NCBI GenBank assembly: GCA_004347965.1
Contig: QNVF01000010.1
Coordinates: forward strand, 1-36,528
Source of the DNA: Candidatus Nezhaarchaeota archaeon WYZ-LMO8
GTDB lineage: Archaea > Thermoproteota > Methanomethylicia > Nezhaarchaeales > WYZ-LMO8
Length of the DNA stretch: 36,528 bases
Reading direction: 5' to 3'
The notes under the pieces were generated by a model, which saw nothing but the letters and a program-made list of their open reading frames with translations, ran no database searches and was not told the DNA's origin. The position numbers were made by a program, and so were the translations under genes. Below, one piece after another: positions 7,342-17,294 of the stretch (its first letter is position 1; each line of letters opens with the position of its first letter).

Positions 7342-8609
7342 ACAACCTTACCGAGTAATATATGAGGTTTCGCTTCTTCGATAACCACAGTCACCTTCTT
7401 CCACAGCAGGCTACGATCACATCTAACCACCACAGGTCTATAATTGATCATTCTCCCCAAAAGCCCCCCTCTTGGAGCCACATCAGTCAAGAGTACGTCA
7501 ACTTCCTTCCCCACGTATCGCATGTTTCTTTTCAGCGTTAATTCCTCAACTAGCTCACTTAGTATACGTGACCTCTTCTTCTTAATGTGATCGGAGAGTT
7601 GAGGAAGTGAAGATGCCTTAGTAAAGGGTCTCATAGTGTACCTAGCCACATGAACCTTGTCTGGGACAAGCTTTTCCAAAGCTTTACATGTTTGTTCAAA
7701 GTCTTCATCGGTTTCGCTCGGAAAGCCGACTATTACATCAGTGGCCAAGAAAACGTCTATTTTTGATTTAAAGAAGTCAACGAGCTTAACGAAAAATTCA
7801 ATGGTGTACCTCCTATTCATGAGCTTCAGTATTCTATCACTTCCAGATTGCATTGGTAGATGTAGATATTTATACACTCGAGCATCGAGTAAAAGAGGTC
7901 TCAACTCATTGGCTATGATGGCGAGGGTTGATGGCTCCATCATGCCGAGCCTCACCACGTAGTCGCCTTGATTCTTGAGAAGAGCTCGTAAGAGAGATGG
8001 GAGATTTGTCCCTATATCCAGGCCATAAGAAGCAATATCCTGAGCGACCAGGTACACCTCTTTCACGTCTCTAGATAGAGCTCTATCGAAGAGCTCTAGA
8101 ACCCTTTGAGGCGGACAGCTGGAAAGCCTTCCTCTAGATATTGGCATTATGCAGTAGCTACACGAACCTAAACAGCCGACTGCTATGGGTATTACAAGTC
8201 TCTTACTAGAGCCATTATACGTTGGTAGCTTAAAGTCCTCTCTCTTGTCAGGTCCAATATTTATCATTTTCTCTCGAAGAGCATCTAAAACTAGTTGAAG
8301 AGCATTTGGTCCAAGTATGCTAGCTGATGGAGAGAGAGAGGCTATGAAGGCAGGACGGGCTCTTGCGAGGCAGCCAGTGACTATAATCTTCTTGTAACTA
8401 TGACAATCCTTGGATGTTTCAAGCTCCTTAAGTCTCTTCGCTATCTTCCTCTCAGTCTCAGCTCTCACAGCACACGTATTGATCACTATGGCATCCGCTA
8501 CTGTAGGATTGTCGACTATCTCGTGTCCACTTTCCCTTAATATCGATGCAATAATATCACTATCTGCTCTGTTTAGCCAGCATCCATAAGTTTCAATGTA
8601 GATCTTCAA
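7338..8609 (-). CDS. mtaB: Radical SAM tRNA methylthiotransferase, archaeal MtaB-type (ms2t6A37)
   Basis: UPF0004 N-domain (ETYGC, NTCAV, VTGCL), CxxxCxxC (CLGSCSYC), HLPMQSGS, IVGFPSET and a C-terminal TRAM domain. Confidence 0.88.
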   Translation of the reverse strand: MKIYIETYGCWLNRADSDIIASILRESGHEIVDNPTVADAIVINTCAVRAETERKIAKRLKELETSKDCHSYKKIIVTGCLARARPAFIASLSPSASILGPNALQLVLDALREKMINIGPDKREDFKLPTYNGSSKRLVIPIAVGCLGSCSYCIMPISRGRLSSCPPQRVLELFDRALSRDVKEVYLVAQDIASYGLDIGTNLPSLLRALLKNQGDYVVRLGMMEPSTLAIIANELRPLLLDARVYKYLHLPMQSGSDRILKLMNRRYTIEFFVKLVDFFKSKIDVFLATDVIVGFPSETDEDFEQTCKALEKLVPDKVHVARYTMRPFTKASSLPQLSDHIKKKRSRILSELVEELTLKRNMRYVGKEVDVLLTDVAPRGGLLGRMINYRPVVVRCDRSLLWKKVTVVIEEAKPHILLGKVV

Positions 8610-8965
8610 GACAATGCTCCCTCTAATCTATTTCAAAGGAGGAACAGAGCATTAAACGTAAAGGTTCTCAAGAAGCTAATAGGATTTAAAGTGCCAATCA
8701 AAATTCTTGTCGCGATCGCTTTTCAGCATCAAGTTCTCCTTTAATCTAAGTTATTAGAGTATTTTGCATGTATGACCTAACCTTAAAAATCAGTGGTTTA
8801 ATGATTCTCATAGAGTGAGGAGCTATGCGTGAGAAAGATGAGAACATTATAGCTGAGACATTTGTTAAAGGCCTAAATGCCATACATTCAGATGACAAGC
8901 TAAGATTCTCAAATAAGAGCAAGGAAGTCAAGGAGGTGGTTAAAGAGGGCTTATCATGAAGACGA

Positions 8966-10597
8966 TCACTTGATCTTAGTGAACAATGGTTTAGGTGTTG
9001 GCACTTCTCTCCCCGGCTCTATAGGCTTTATTGCCTCCTCCCACTTCTCTTCGTGGACACTGTTCGTGTAGCCTATACCTCTCCAGATATCATTAGCACT
9101 TTTCGGCATGAAGGGGGCTAGCATTATGGCCAAAGACTTTATAGCAGTTAGACACACATAAATGCTTATTGACGCTTCATCTACTAAGCCCTTTCGAATA
9201 GCATCCCAAGGAGCTTTCTCATTTAGGTATCTATTACCTTCTCTAGCTATGCTCATGACCTCCTGGAGAGCGTCTTTTATCCTGAAGCTGTCTAAGTACG
9301 ATGAAGTACGTTGGAACTTTTCTAAAACTATTTCCCATAGCTCCTCCTTAATCCAATCGCTCCTCGGGGTAGGCACCTTTGAGCTGAAGACTCTTGATGT
9401 GAAGCTTAAAACTCTATACACAAAGTTTCCAAGGGTGTCATTCAAGTGAGAGTTCACTAGTTCTTTGAAGAGGGGCCATGTGAAACTGACGTCCCTCCCC
9501 TCAGGTCTAAGGTAAAGCAAAACGTATCTCCAATAATCTACTGGATACATCTCTAAAGCCTCGTCAATCCACACTCCTATTCTCCTGCTCTTTGAGAACT
9601 TCTGACCCTCAAAGAGTAAGTATTCAGTAGCTGATACGCCCCACGGAAGAACGTAGCCTTCTCTTGATGCTATCAAGAGTGCTGGTAATATTAGCGTGTG
9701 AAATGGAATGTTATCCTTCCCTATGAAGCATAGGAACCTACTGTCTCCGTCGAACCAGTACTCCTTCCATTTCTCTGGTTCTCCTTTCTTAACAAAGTAC
9801 TCTATGGTGGCAGATACGTAACCTAATACTGCTTCCATCCACACGTAGATGGTCTTACCCTCAGCACCCGGAAAGGGAGCTGGTATCCCCCACCTGTTAT
9901 CTCTTGTTACAGATCTTGGTTTCAAGCCCTCCCTAAGTAAGCTCAAGCTACTGTTCCTAGCATTTTCAGTTAAAAAGGGGGCCTTCTCTACGTACTCTCT
10001 CAGCTCGGGTTCCAGCTTTGGAAGGTCAAAGAACCAGTGCTTCGTTCTCTTAAATTGTGGAGATGTACTGCATATTGTGCACCTAGGCTTCACCAGCTTA
10101 TCGGGCTCAAGAAGTCTCCCACAATTGTCGCACTGATCCCCTCTAGCATCTTCAAATCCACAGTACGGGCATTGACCCGTTACGAATCTATCTGGCAAGA
10201 AAATCTGACAGTTAGGGCAGAAGGGTAGCTCAACTTCTTCTTCATAGATGTAGCCGTTTCTCATCAACTTCATGTAAAACGATCTAACGAAGTCCTTATG
10301 ATGTGGGCTCTCAGTCCTTGAGTAGTTGTCGAATGATATTCCCCATCTTTTAAATAGCTCAGTGATTTTTAAGTGATTCTCGTCACATAAGGCCTTGGGC
10401 TCAATCCCCCTCTTTATCGCCTCCACTTCTATTGGTGTCCCATGCTCATCGGATCCACTAACAAAGATGACGTCTTCGCCTTTCATCCTTAAATACCGTG
10501 CTATCACATCAGCAGAGAGAGCTGAGCCTATCATGGTGCCCAAGTGGGGCACGTAGTTTACATAAGGCCACGCGCACGTTACTATCCACTTAGCCAC
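8966..10597 (-). CDS. metG: Methionine--tRNA ligase, short form without the C-terminal tRNA-binding domain
   Basis: AWPYVNYVPHLG (HIGH-like), GSDEHGTPI, zinc knuckles, YVWMEA, GKDNIPFH, KFSKS. The GTG at 10597 follows a GGTGA SD; the track start at 10618 is the alternative. Confidence 0.96.
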   Translation of the reverse strand: MAKWIVTCAWPYVNYVPHLGTMIGSALSADVIARYLRMKGEDVIFVSGSDEHGTPIEVEAIKRGIEPKALCDENHLKITELFKRWGISFDNYSRTESPHHKDFVRSFYMKLMRNGYIYEEEVELPFCPNCQIFLPDRFVTGQCPYCGFEDARGDQCDNCGRLLEPDKLVKPRCTICSTSPQFKRTKHWFFDLPKLEPELREYVEKAPFLTENARNSSLSLLREGLKPRSVTRDNRWGIPAPFPGAEGKTIYVWMEAVLGYVSATIEYFVKKGEPEKWKEYWFDGDSRFLCFIGKDNIPFHTLILPALLIASREGYVLPWGVSATEYLLFEGQKFSKSRRIGVWIDEALEMYPVDYWRYVLLYLRPEGRDVSFTWPLFKELVNSHLNDTLGNFVYRVLSFTSRVFSSKVPTPRSDWIKEELWEIVLEKFQRTSSYLDSFRIKDALQEVMSIAREGNRYLNEKAPWDAIRKGLVDEASISIYVCLTAIKSLAIMLAPFMPKSANDIWRGIGYTNSVHEEKWEEAIKPIEPGREVPTPKPLFTKIK

Positions 10598-11225
10598 TTT
10601 CTTCACCTTCTTCTTCACCCTCAGGTACGCTCTCCTCTAACTCTAAGCTTACAGTTTTTGGCTCCCATAGCGCGAAGCCTCTCCTCTTCAATTTCCTCCT
10701 AACAGTGTAGAGATAGCTCCAAACTACACCATGAGGACTGCCAGATATCAGCATCTCGATGGCTCTACGCGCTACCTCCACATTCTCTAGCTTACCAGCT
10801 ATCGCTACTGTGTGTTCTGATATCGATATCACAGTGTTCGTGAGCTCTTCTATTAGCTTCCTTGCCTTACCCTTCTCCCCTATGAGCCTCCCCTTGACGC
10901 GTACTAGGTTATCTCTTGAGGGACCTAGAAGATACTTCAAGTCTATTACATGTAGAGCTGCATCCTCTTCACTAAAGATCTTTAAAGCTTTCTCAGGGTT
11001 CATGCCATAGCCTATTGCTTGGATTATATTCTTAACAACTAGGAGGTTAGCTGGGTTCGAGTTTTCTAAAAGCTCTATACATACTCTCCCAGTAGAGCTA
11101 TCAACTTCCAGCTTGACCCCGTAAGTTTCCTCTATCTCCTTCTTAACGCTACCTCCCCTCCCTATGAGGGCCCCAACCCTTTCAACTGGTATTTGAACAA
11201 AGTCCCTATAAATGACGTTAGGCAA
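10590..11225 (-). CDS. KH-domain ribosome biogenesis protein (Dim2/Pno1/Krr1 family)
   Basis: KH motifs VGALIGRGG and KGRLIGEKGKARKLIEELT; ARRAIEMLISGSPHGVV. Confidence 0.92.
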   Translation of the reverse strand: MPNVIYRDFVQIPVERVGALIGRGGSVKKEIEETYGVKLEVDSSTGRVCIELLENSNPANLLVVKNIIQAIGYGMNPEKALKIFSEEDAALHVIDLKYLLGPSRDNLVRVKGRLIGEKGKARKLIEELTNTVISISEHTVAIAGKLENVEVARRAIEMLISGSPHGVVWSYLYTVRRKLKRRGFALWEPKTVSLELEESVPEGEEEGEESG

Positions 11226-11277
11226 TAGTCGTCACCAGCACTTTTCACTTGAGACTAACAAACTATTGATGAAAGGG

Positions 11278-11287
11278 TTATATATAA
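11278..11287. promoter_or_regulatory. Palindromic TATA element (TTATATATAA) between the divergent KH and rio1 genes
   Basis: TTATATATAA preceded by BRE-like GAAAGGG, about 30 nt upstream of the rio1 start. Confidence 0.55.
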
Positions 11288-11317
11288 GCGAAATCTCTTC
11301 AAAAGACTTGACGAAGA

Positions 11318-12097
11318 TTGTTTGAAGATTGGGAAGGGATAGAACACCCATTTAAGAGAGAGGAAAAGAGGAGAAAGAATGAAGACTTGTTGAAGACTGT
11401 GGAGGAAGTCTTTGACACATCTACGCTAGAAGCTCTCTATAAGCTCATAAATAAGAAGGTCATAGACGTTCTATACGGTGTTGTAGACACCGGGAAGGAG
11501 TCAAGAGTTTACTGGGCCAAGTCCCCTGAAGGAGAAGACTTAGCGGTCAAGATATTCTTAACCTCAACAAGAGAATTTAAGAAAACTGTTCTACAGTACA
11601 TAGAAGGGGATCCTAGGTTCAAGAAGATCAAGAAAGGGACTAGACCGCTGGTATATGCTTGGGCCTTAAAGGAATTCAAGAATCTCAAAAGAGCTTACGA
11701 GGTTGGTGTTAGCGTTCCTAAGCCAGTAGCGGTTTATAGAAACGTGGTAGTGATGGAGTTCATAGGTGAGGAAGGTGTACCAGCACCTCTACTTAAAGAT
11801 GCTGAGATCAACGATTATGAGGAGATGTTTAGAAAGGTTGTGGAGAACATTAAGATTCTCTACTGTAAAGCTGGGATAGTTCATGCAGACTTAAGCGAAT
11901 ACAACATCATGGTTTGGAAGAGCACACCTGTATTCTTTGATTTCGGTCAAGCTGTGTTAACAACCCACCCAAATGCTGACTTCTTCCTTGAAAGAGATGT
12001 TAAAAACGTAGTGAGCTATTTCAAGAAAAAGGGAGTTAAAGTAAATGTCGAGAATGTGTTGATGGAGGTATCAGGATGGCAACAACAGCTCAGCTAG
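11318..12097 (+). CDS. rio1: RIO1 serine/threonine kinase/ATPase
   Basis: TGKESRVY, AVKIF, YIEGDPRF, WALKEFKNL, VHADLSEYNI and DFGQAV...HP. Confidence 0.96.
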   Translation: MFEDWEGIEHPFKREEKRRKNEDLLKTVEEVFDTSTLEALYKLINKKVIDVLYGVVDTGKESRVYWAKSPEGEDLAVKIFLTSTREFKKTVLQYIEGDPRFKKIKKGTRPLVYAWALKEFKNLKRAYEVGVSVPKPVAVYRNVVVMEFIGEEGVPAPLLKDAEINDYEEMFRKVVENIKILYCKAGIVHADLSEYNIMVWKSTPVFFDFGQAVLTTHPNADFFLERDVKNVVSYFKKKGVKVNVENVLMEVSGWQQQLS

Positions 12098-12101
12098 AAA
12101 A

Positions 12102-12404
12102 CTAAGATTCTTCTGCCAAAGATCCCACTAATCCTCTACGTTTAAGCTCCTCAACTTCGTCTTTTGTGTACCTCCAAAGCAAGTCTCCTCTACCAGGCTG
12201 AAAATCCCACGGGGCAACAAGGACAAAGTCGCCTTCTTTGAACCAAAGTCTCTTCCTCAATTTACCAGGTATCCTGCATTGTAGTACTCTTCCATCAGTC
12301 GTCCGCACCTCAGCTCTATCATTCCCTAGCAACTTAGCTACTACTCCTATTAGTTCTCCTTCAGCTGGAAGGCGTAGTTCTCTTTTCTCTTCCTTATGCT
12401 TCAA
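12102..12404 (-). CDS. eif1a: Translation initiation factor aIF-1A
   Basis: LRLP, LLGNDR, CRIPGKLRKRLWFKEGDFVLVAPWDFQ and WRYT. Confidence 0.95.
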   Translation of the reverse strand: MKHKEEKRELRLPAEGELIGVVAKLLGNDRAEVRTTDGRVLQCRIPGKLRKRLWFKEGDFVLVAPWDFQPGRGDLLWRYTKDEVEELKRRGLVGSLAEES

Positions 12405-12437
12405 GCCTATTCAAAGTGACTAGACAGAGGTTAGCTA

Positions 12438-13199
12438 TTAAGCGTTTCGAGATCTGAGAAGAATCGTCAACCTACGAAGGTGTCTACCTTTACTCTTATC
12501 CCATCCCCAATCCTTGTAAGACTCTTTAACTTGGACGTTAAACATCTTCTTCACGATATTTGATATCCTTCGAGCGATATCAATTGAAGGGAGCAGTATA
12601 TCTACGCCACCATCAACTTCCTCCCATAAAGCTCCAGTTTGTATATTATGTGAACCTCCCGATCTCTCAATAATGATTTTGTTTACTAAAGCCTTTATCT
12701 GCTCAAGTTCTCTATTACTGAAGCCTCTTAACTGTATAGTTGCTTCAAAATTCTTGCCGGTAACTTTTAGACATACTGGACATATCGAGAAGTTGGGTTT
12801 GATGTCTAAGTTTATCGCCATCTCTTTGGGCTTAAGTAATGGATGAATTTTTTCATCAAGAGTGATAGTGACAGTTGTTTGTTCGCCTGAGACTATTTTG
12901 TAAACATCTTGAAGTGTAAGTGCGACGAAAACTTTAAAGTTAAATGCTTTTTCCACAATACCTCTAATGGCATGAATCATGTTCTCAACCGATTTCTCCG
13001 TTGAAAGGTCTATTGGTAGCCATCGATTCTTAAACTTCACGGAATAGCATTTTCGGCATATCGTTAATGGCACTTCACGCGGAGGAACAGTTATTCCGCG
13101 TATCTCCATATAGCAATTGGGACACAAGTTCCCTAGACTCGAGACTTCAAACACGCCTATTTCAATGCCACACTTAGCACAAAACCTCTTCAAAGACAA
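12438..13199 (-). CDS. NMD3-family large-subunit biogenesis protein
   Basis: Four CxxC pairs, FEATIQLRG and GGVDI; conserved position between DUF424 and aIF-1A. Confidence 0.88.
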   Translation of the reverse strand: MSLKRFCAKCGIEIGVFEVSSLGNLCPNCYMEIRGITVPPREVPLTICRKCYSVKFKNRWLPIDLSTEKSVENMIHAIRGIVEKAFNFKVFVALTLQDVYKIVSGEQTTVTITLDEKIHPLLKPKEMAINLDIKPNFSICPVCLKVTGKNFEATIQLRGFSNRELEQIKALVNKIIIERSGGSHNIQTGALWEEVDGGVDILLPSIDIARRISNIVKKMFNVQVKESYKDWGWDKSKGRHLRRLTILLRSRNA

Positions 13200-13214
13200 C
13201 TTACCTGCCGCTAC

Positions 13215-13532
13215 TTACATCATTGTTATTAACTGCGCATGAGGTATTGATGCTACTACAGTAACAGCATCCTTATGTACAAGCTTGCTCTTAATAGCAT
13301 ATTTCACGCTTTTCTCACCTAGGAAATTAGCTATTGTGGCTTTTTTAGCTATTTTCATTGCTTCTTTGACGCTCATCTTCTCTCCTCCATAAAACTTTTC
13401 ACTAATCTCTATCTTTACAGTGCCTTCAGTGAAGGTTTTGCCGAGAAGTTCAGCATCGCAAACAGCTACAACCACATCCCTTCCATGATGGTGAACCTTT
13501 ACGTAAACCTCTATCTCATCATCTGACGACAA
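13215..13532 (-). CDS. DUF424 family protein
   Basis: VVAVCDAELLGK, FYGG, ATIANFLG and IPHAQ. Confidence 0.9.
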   Translation of the reverse strand: MSSDDEIEVYVKVHHHGRDVVVAVCDAELLGKTFTEGTVKIEISEKFYGGEKMSVKEAMKIAKKATIANFLGEKSVKYAIKSKLVHKDAVTVVASIPHAQLITMM

Positions 13533-13533
13533 T

Positions 13534-13965
13534 TTAAGTCCCCCGCGCTGGGCTTATGGCACCACACGCGGTGCAATGTATCATTAGTACTCTCCCCTCC
13601 TTACGTAGAGTTGTATCAACACCTTTACATACTGGGCATATGACGTATAATTTCGTGTAAACGTCTATCAAGCCATCTATCTTCTCCTTCGAGAACTTGC
13701 CATGTAAGATTGCTCTAGTATCATCCAGCGTTCCTGCTGTTCCAAGCTCGTGAAGCAAGAAGTTGAAGAACTGTTCTGGTGGCCTGTTTAGCATTGAGAC
13801 AATCTCTTTAAAGTTTTGTATTATGGTTCTATTGCCCATAGTGATGGCCTTGGCCTTTGGTACTTGAAAGCGTCCAGTAGCTGATGGCTTTGCTGGAACC
13901 TGACTTAAAGCTCTTTCAAGTAGTGCCAAGTATTCTTGGAACTCCTCATTCTCTATCTCTGACAC
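13534..13965 (-). CDS. eif2b: Translation initiation factor aIF-2 beta
   Basis: LLERA, GNRTIIQNF, LNR, ELGTAG and the YVICPVC...CTACGA zinc ribbon. Confidence 0.95.
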   Translation of the reverse strand: MSEIENEEFQEYLALLERALSQVPAKPSATGRFQVPKAKAITMGNRTIIQNFKEIVSMLNRPPEQFFNFLLHELGTAGTLDDTRAILHGKFSKEKIDGLIDVYTKLYVICPVCKGVDTTLRKEGRVLMIHCTACGAISPARGT

Positions 13966-14039
13966 TGATCAGCCTCTCCTTGATCCTCCTCGTCAACCCT
14001 ATAGTAGCTAGCCCAGTTTATAATACTTGTCGGAGAATT

Positions 14040-15341
14040 TTAAGTCCCCATCTTCCAGCTCTCAAGATAGGTCTTCTGCTCTTCGGTGAGAGAGTCTATG
14101 CTAATACCCAATGATCTAAGTTTCAACCTAGCTACTTCTTCGTCTATCTCTCTTGGAACAGGGTAGACTCGAGGAGCTAGCTCACTACCTCTCTTCACCA
14201 GGTACTCGATTGAGAGGGCTTGATTTGCGAAGGACATGTCCATGACTTCACTTGGATGACCCTCAGCAGCAACTAGGTTTACGAGCCTACCTTCAGCTAA
14301 CAAGTATAATCTCTTACCGTTAACTAAGACGTGCTCTGTTACATTCGGTCTTATCTCAATCTTCTCCTTCGTTATTGCTTTTAGATCCTCCAAGTTTATT
14401 TCTACATTGAAGTGACCACTATTAGCTAGTATAGCTCCATCCTTCATTTTGAGCATGTGCTCTCCCCTTATGACGTTAACGTCTCCTGTAACCGTTATGA
14501 AAATGTCTCCTATCTTGCAGGCCTCGGACATAGGCATAACTTCAAAACCATCCATTACAGCTTCTAGAGCTCTTATCGAATTCACCTCCGTTACCACAAC
14601 GCGTGCCCCCATACCACGAGCCCTCATAGCTACGCCTCTTCCACACCAACCGTATCCAGCTACGACCACCACCTTCCCAGATATCAGTACGTTGGTTGCT
14701 CTAAGTATGCCGTCAATTGTGCTTTGACCTGTACCGTATCTGTTATCGAAGAGGAACTTGGTGTAAGCGTCATTGACAGCAATTATTGGATAGAGTAGCT
14801 TGCCCTCCTTCATTAAGACCCTTAACCTCATGACCCCAGTTGTTGTCTCCTCTGTTCCACCTACTACCTTAGTGCTTGGTATCGTACCTAGAACCTTCTT
14901 TACTACCTCAACCTCCTTTGACGTCTCCCCGAAGCTTAGCTTATGTAGTGTTGAAACCAAGTCTGCTCCATCATCAACGGTTATGGTTAAGGGCTTTGAT
15001 AGAACTCTCCCTATGGCTTCATAGTAGCCTTCAAAATCCATCCCCCTCCAAGCATACACATTGACCCCAATGAATGCTAAGTAGGCTGCCACTTCGTCCT
15101 GAGTAGAGAGAGGGTTAGAAGCGCAGAGAGCTACTTTTGCTCCACCATCAATTAACGTCTCGACTAGTACTGCTGTCTCTTTAGTTACATGAAGGCAAGC
15201 TCCTACTACAACACCACTAAGAGGTTTCTCCTCCCTGAATCTCTTCCTTATCTCTGCTAAAACTGGCATGTGGTCCCTAGCCCACTTAACTAACTTCTCT
15301 CCTCGCTCAGCAAGCGATGGGTCCTTCACCTTGAAGTCCAC
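14040..15341 (-). CDS. ahcY: Adenosylhomocysteinase (SAH hydrolase)
   Basis: [45 protein letters not shown] and [14 protein letters not shown]. Confidence 0.98.
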   Translation of the reverse strand: MDFKVKDPSLAERGEKLVKWARDHMPVLAEIRKRFREEKPLSGVVVGACLHVTKETAVLVETLIDGGAKVALCASNPLSTQDEVAAYLAFIGVNVYAWRGMDFEGYYEAIGRVLSKPLTITVDDGADLVSTLHKLSFGETSKEVEVVKKVLGTIPSTKVVGGTEETTTGVMRLRVLMKEGKLLYPIIAVNDAYTKFLFDNRYGTGQSTIDGILRATNVLISGKVVVVAGYGWCGRGVAMRARGMGARVVVTEVNSIRALEAVMDGFEVMPMSEACKIGDIFITVTGDVNVIRGEHMLKMKDGAILANSGHFNVEINLEDLKAITKEKIEIRPNVTEHVLVNGKRLYLLAEGRLVNLVAAEGHPSEVMDMSFANQALSIEYLVKRGSELAPRVYPVPREIDEEVARLKLRSLGISIDSLTEEQKTYLESWKMGT

Positions 15342-16144
15342 TACACTAATGCCTCCTTGAGGGCTTCACCACATTTACACGTCCTTTCAACAGGAATTCG
15401 AGGTATGAGTGCAGCTAGCAGTCTCTTTGCCTTATCGATGTTCTCTGCCATGACCCTCGTAACCTCCTCAGCAGTAACGTGCTTCGGCGCCCACACATCG
15501 TAATCCGTGATCAACGTTATCGCTACATAGCACATCTCTGCCTCCCTCGCTAAATTAACCTCTGGAACCAACGTCATTCCTATAACGTCGGCCCCCCAAC
15601 TTTTAAACAGCTTCGACTCAGCCCTGGTTGAGAAGCGAGGTCCCTCGATGCACACATACGTCCCCTTATCGTGAAAACTTAACTTAAGCTCCTTCAGGGC
15701 CTCAACAGTTATCTCTCTCAACTGAGGACAGAAAGGATCCGCAAGCGATACGTGACAGACGAGCCCTCCATCATAGAACGTGTATTCCCTCTTCTTAGTG
15801 AAGTCGATGAACTGATCGACTACCACTATATCACCTGGTGCATAATCCTCCCTCAAGCTGCCAACAGCAGATACTGATATTATTCTCTTAACCCCTAGCT
15901 CTTTGAGAGCCCATATGTTAGCTCTATAATTTATCTTATGAGGTGGTATCTTGTGTCCTCGGCCATGTCTAGGTATGAAAGCTATGGATCTCCCCTTATA
16001 CTCACTAATGAAGACGGAGTCTGATGTCGGGCCATAGGGGGTGTAAACTTTGATTTCCTGGGAGGGTCCGAACATTGATGGATCATAGAGACCTGACCCG
16101 CCTATAACTCCTATTTCAGCCTTCTCCTTAGACATGAGGGTCAC
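15341..16144 (-). CDS. mtnP: S-methyl-5'-thioadenosine phosphorylase
   Basis: [50 protein letters not shown] and TDYD. Confidence 0.95.
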   Translation of the reverse strand: MTLMSKEKAEIGVIGGSGLYDPSMFGPSQEIKVYTPYGPTSDSVFISEYKGRSIAFIPRHGRGHKIPPHKINYRANIWALKELGVKRIISVSAVGSLREDYAPGDIVVVDQFIDFTKKREYTFYDGGLVCHVSLADPFCPQLREITVEALKELKLSFHDKGTYVCIEGPRFSTRAESKLFKSWGADVIGMTLVPEVNLAREAEMCYVAITLITDYDVWAPKHVTAEEVTRVMAENIDKAKRLLAALIPRIPVERTCKCGEALKEALV

Positions 16145-16222
16145 AAGATCAACTAAGCAAGTTTAAGCAAAAAATGCTTACGCTTCCACAATACTTATAA
16201 TTGCAAGGTTTGAAGAAAATCT

Positions 16223-16927
16223 ATGGTTGGTGTAAGCCCCGTGCCTCAGAAGATGAGGGTCAAGCTTGTCACATGGAATGATGTCGTGCTTTGGTGTAAG
16301 GAGCTGGCAAAGAAGATAAGAAGCTCTGGCTTCAAGCCCGATGTTATCGTCGCCATAGCTAGAGGAGGATTTGCTCCAGCAAGACTCCTATGCGATTACT
16401 TAGACGTTGTAGACCTATTGAGCATTAAGGTGGAGCACTGGATTGAGACTGGAAAGCATAAGGAGGAGGCGACGATTAAGTATCCATTCAATTACGATTT
16501 CAACGGCAAGAAAGTGCTTGTAGTAGATGACATAGCTGATACAGGCAAGAGCATCATAGTCGCTAAGAAGCACATTTTAGAGGTATGTAGGCCAAGCGAT
16601 TTGAGGGTTGCTACAATGCAGCTCATACCATCTACGTCACTCATAGTCCCAGACTACTATGTTGACGAAGTCAAGGAGTGGACTTGGTACATGTATCCAT
16701 GGAACTTCACGGAGGACATGATAAACCTAATAATGAGAATAGTGAAGGAGAAGCCGGAAAACAAGTGGAGCCCCGAAGAAGTATCGAGGGAGTTCAAGGA
16801 AAGCTATGGAGTAGAGCTTCCAGTTCAAGTGTTTAGAGAAGTGCTTGAGGAGATGGTCTTTCGAGGAAAGCTAGTAAAAGTAAGCGACTTACACTTTAAG
16901 GTACCGACAGTTCAAAGCATCACTTAA
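16223..16927 (+). CDS. Type I phosphoribosyltransferase, probably a purine (hypoxanthine/guanine/xanthine) salvage enzyme
   Basis: IARGG and the PRPP-binding loop VLVVDDIADTGKS; W.W..YPWN; divergent from mtnP. Confidence 0.88.
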   Translation: MVGVSPVPQKMRVKLVTWNDVVLWCKELAKKIRSSGFKPDVIVAIARGGFAPARLLCDYLDVVDLLSIKVEHWIETGKHKEEATIKYPFNYDFNGKKVLVVDDIADTGKSIIVAKKHILEVCRPSDLRVATMQLIPSTSLIVPDYYVDEVKEWTWYMYPWNFTEDMINLIMRIVKEKPENKWSPEEVSREFKESYGVELPVQVFREVLEEMVFRGKLVKVSDLHFKVPTVQSIT

Positions 16928-17024
16928 AAGAAGGTATGCCACGAAGCTTTTTTACTTGTTCTTCCCTCAACTGAAGGCTTGTTTAAGTACCAGCTCACTT
17001 GCAGTCACTAGTTTGGTGGTTAAC

Positions 17025-17294
17025 ATGAGATTTAAGGCTATGAGGTACGATGGTAAGTGTTTAGAAATCGAGATAGATGATGAGTTAGTGAGGTACCTAC
17101 AAAAAGAGCCATTTGAATACAGGGTGTGCACAGATTGCTGTGGCCCAGTAATCCTTCCAATAGAGCTTAAACCACCAAAGGAAAGCGATTACATTGTTGA
17201 CTTAGGCAGTAAGAAGCTTTACATATCATCAATTCAAGCTCTGTGGATTAGAAGGTTAACAATGGATATGCTTAGAGAATCATGTTGCATCTAG
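17025..17294 (+). CDS. Small Cys-rich hypothetical protein (CxxCCGP motif), 89 aa
   Basis: ATG at 17025 after a GGTGG SD; YRVCTDCCGPVILP...KPPKESD; C-terminal CC. Confidence 0.7.
   Translation: MRFKAMRYDGKCLEIEIDDELVRYLQKEPFEYRVCTDCCGPVILPIELKPPKESDYIVDLGSKKLYISSIQALWIRRLTMDMLRESCCI

Noticed and set aside
14870..14945. Short insertion in AhcY before GGTEETTTG
   Set aside because: It falls in a region known to vary in length among SAH hydrolases, and all catalytic motifs are intact.
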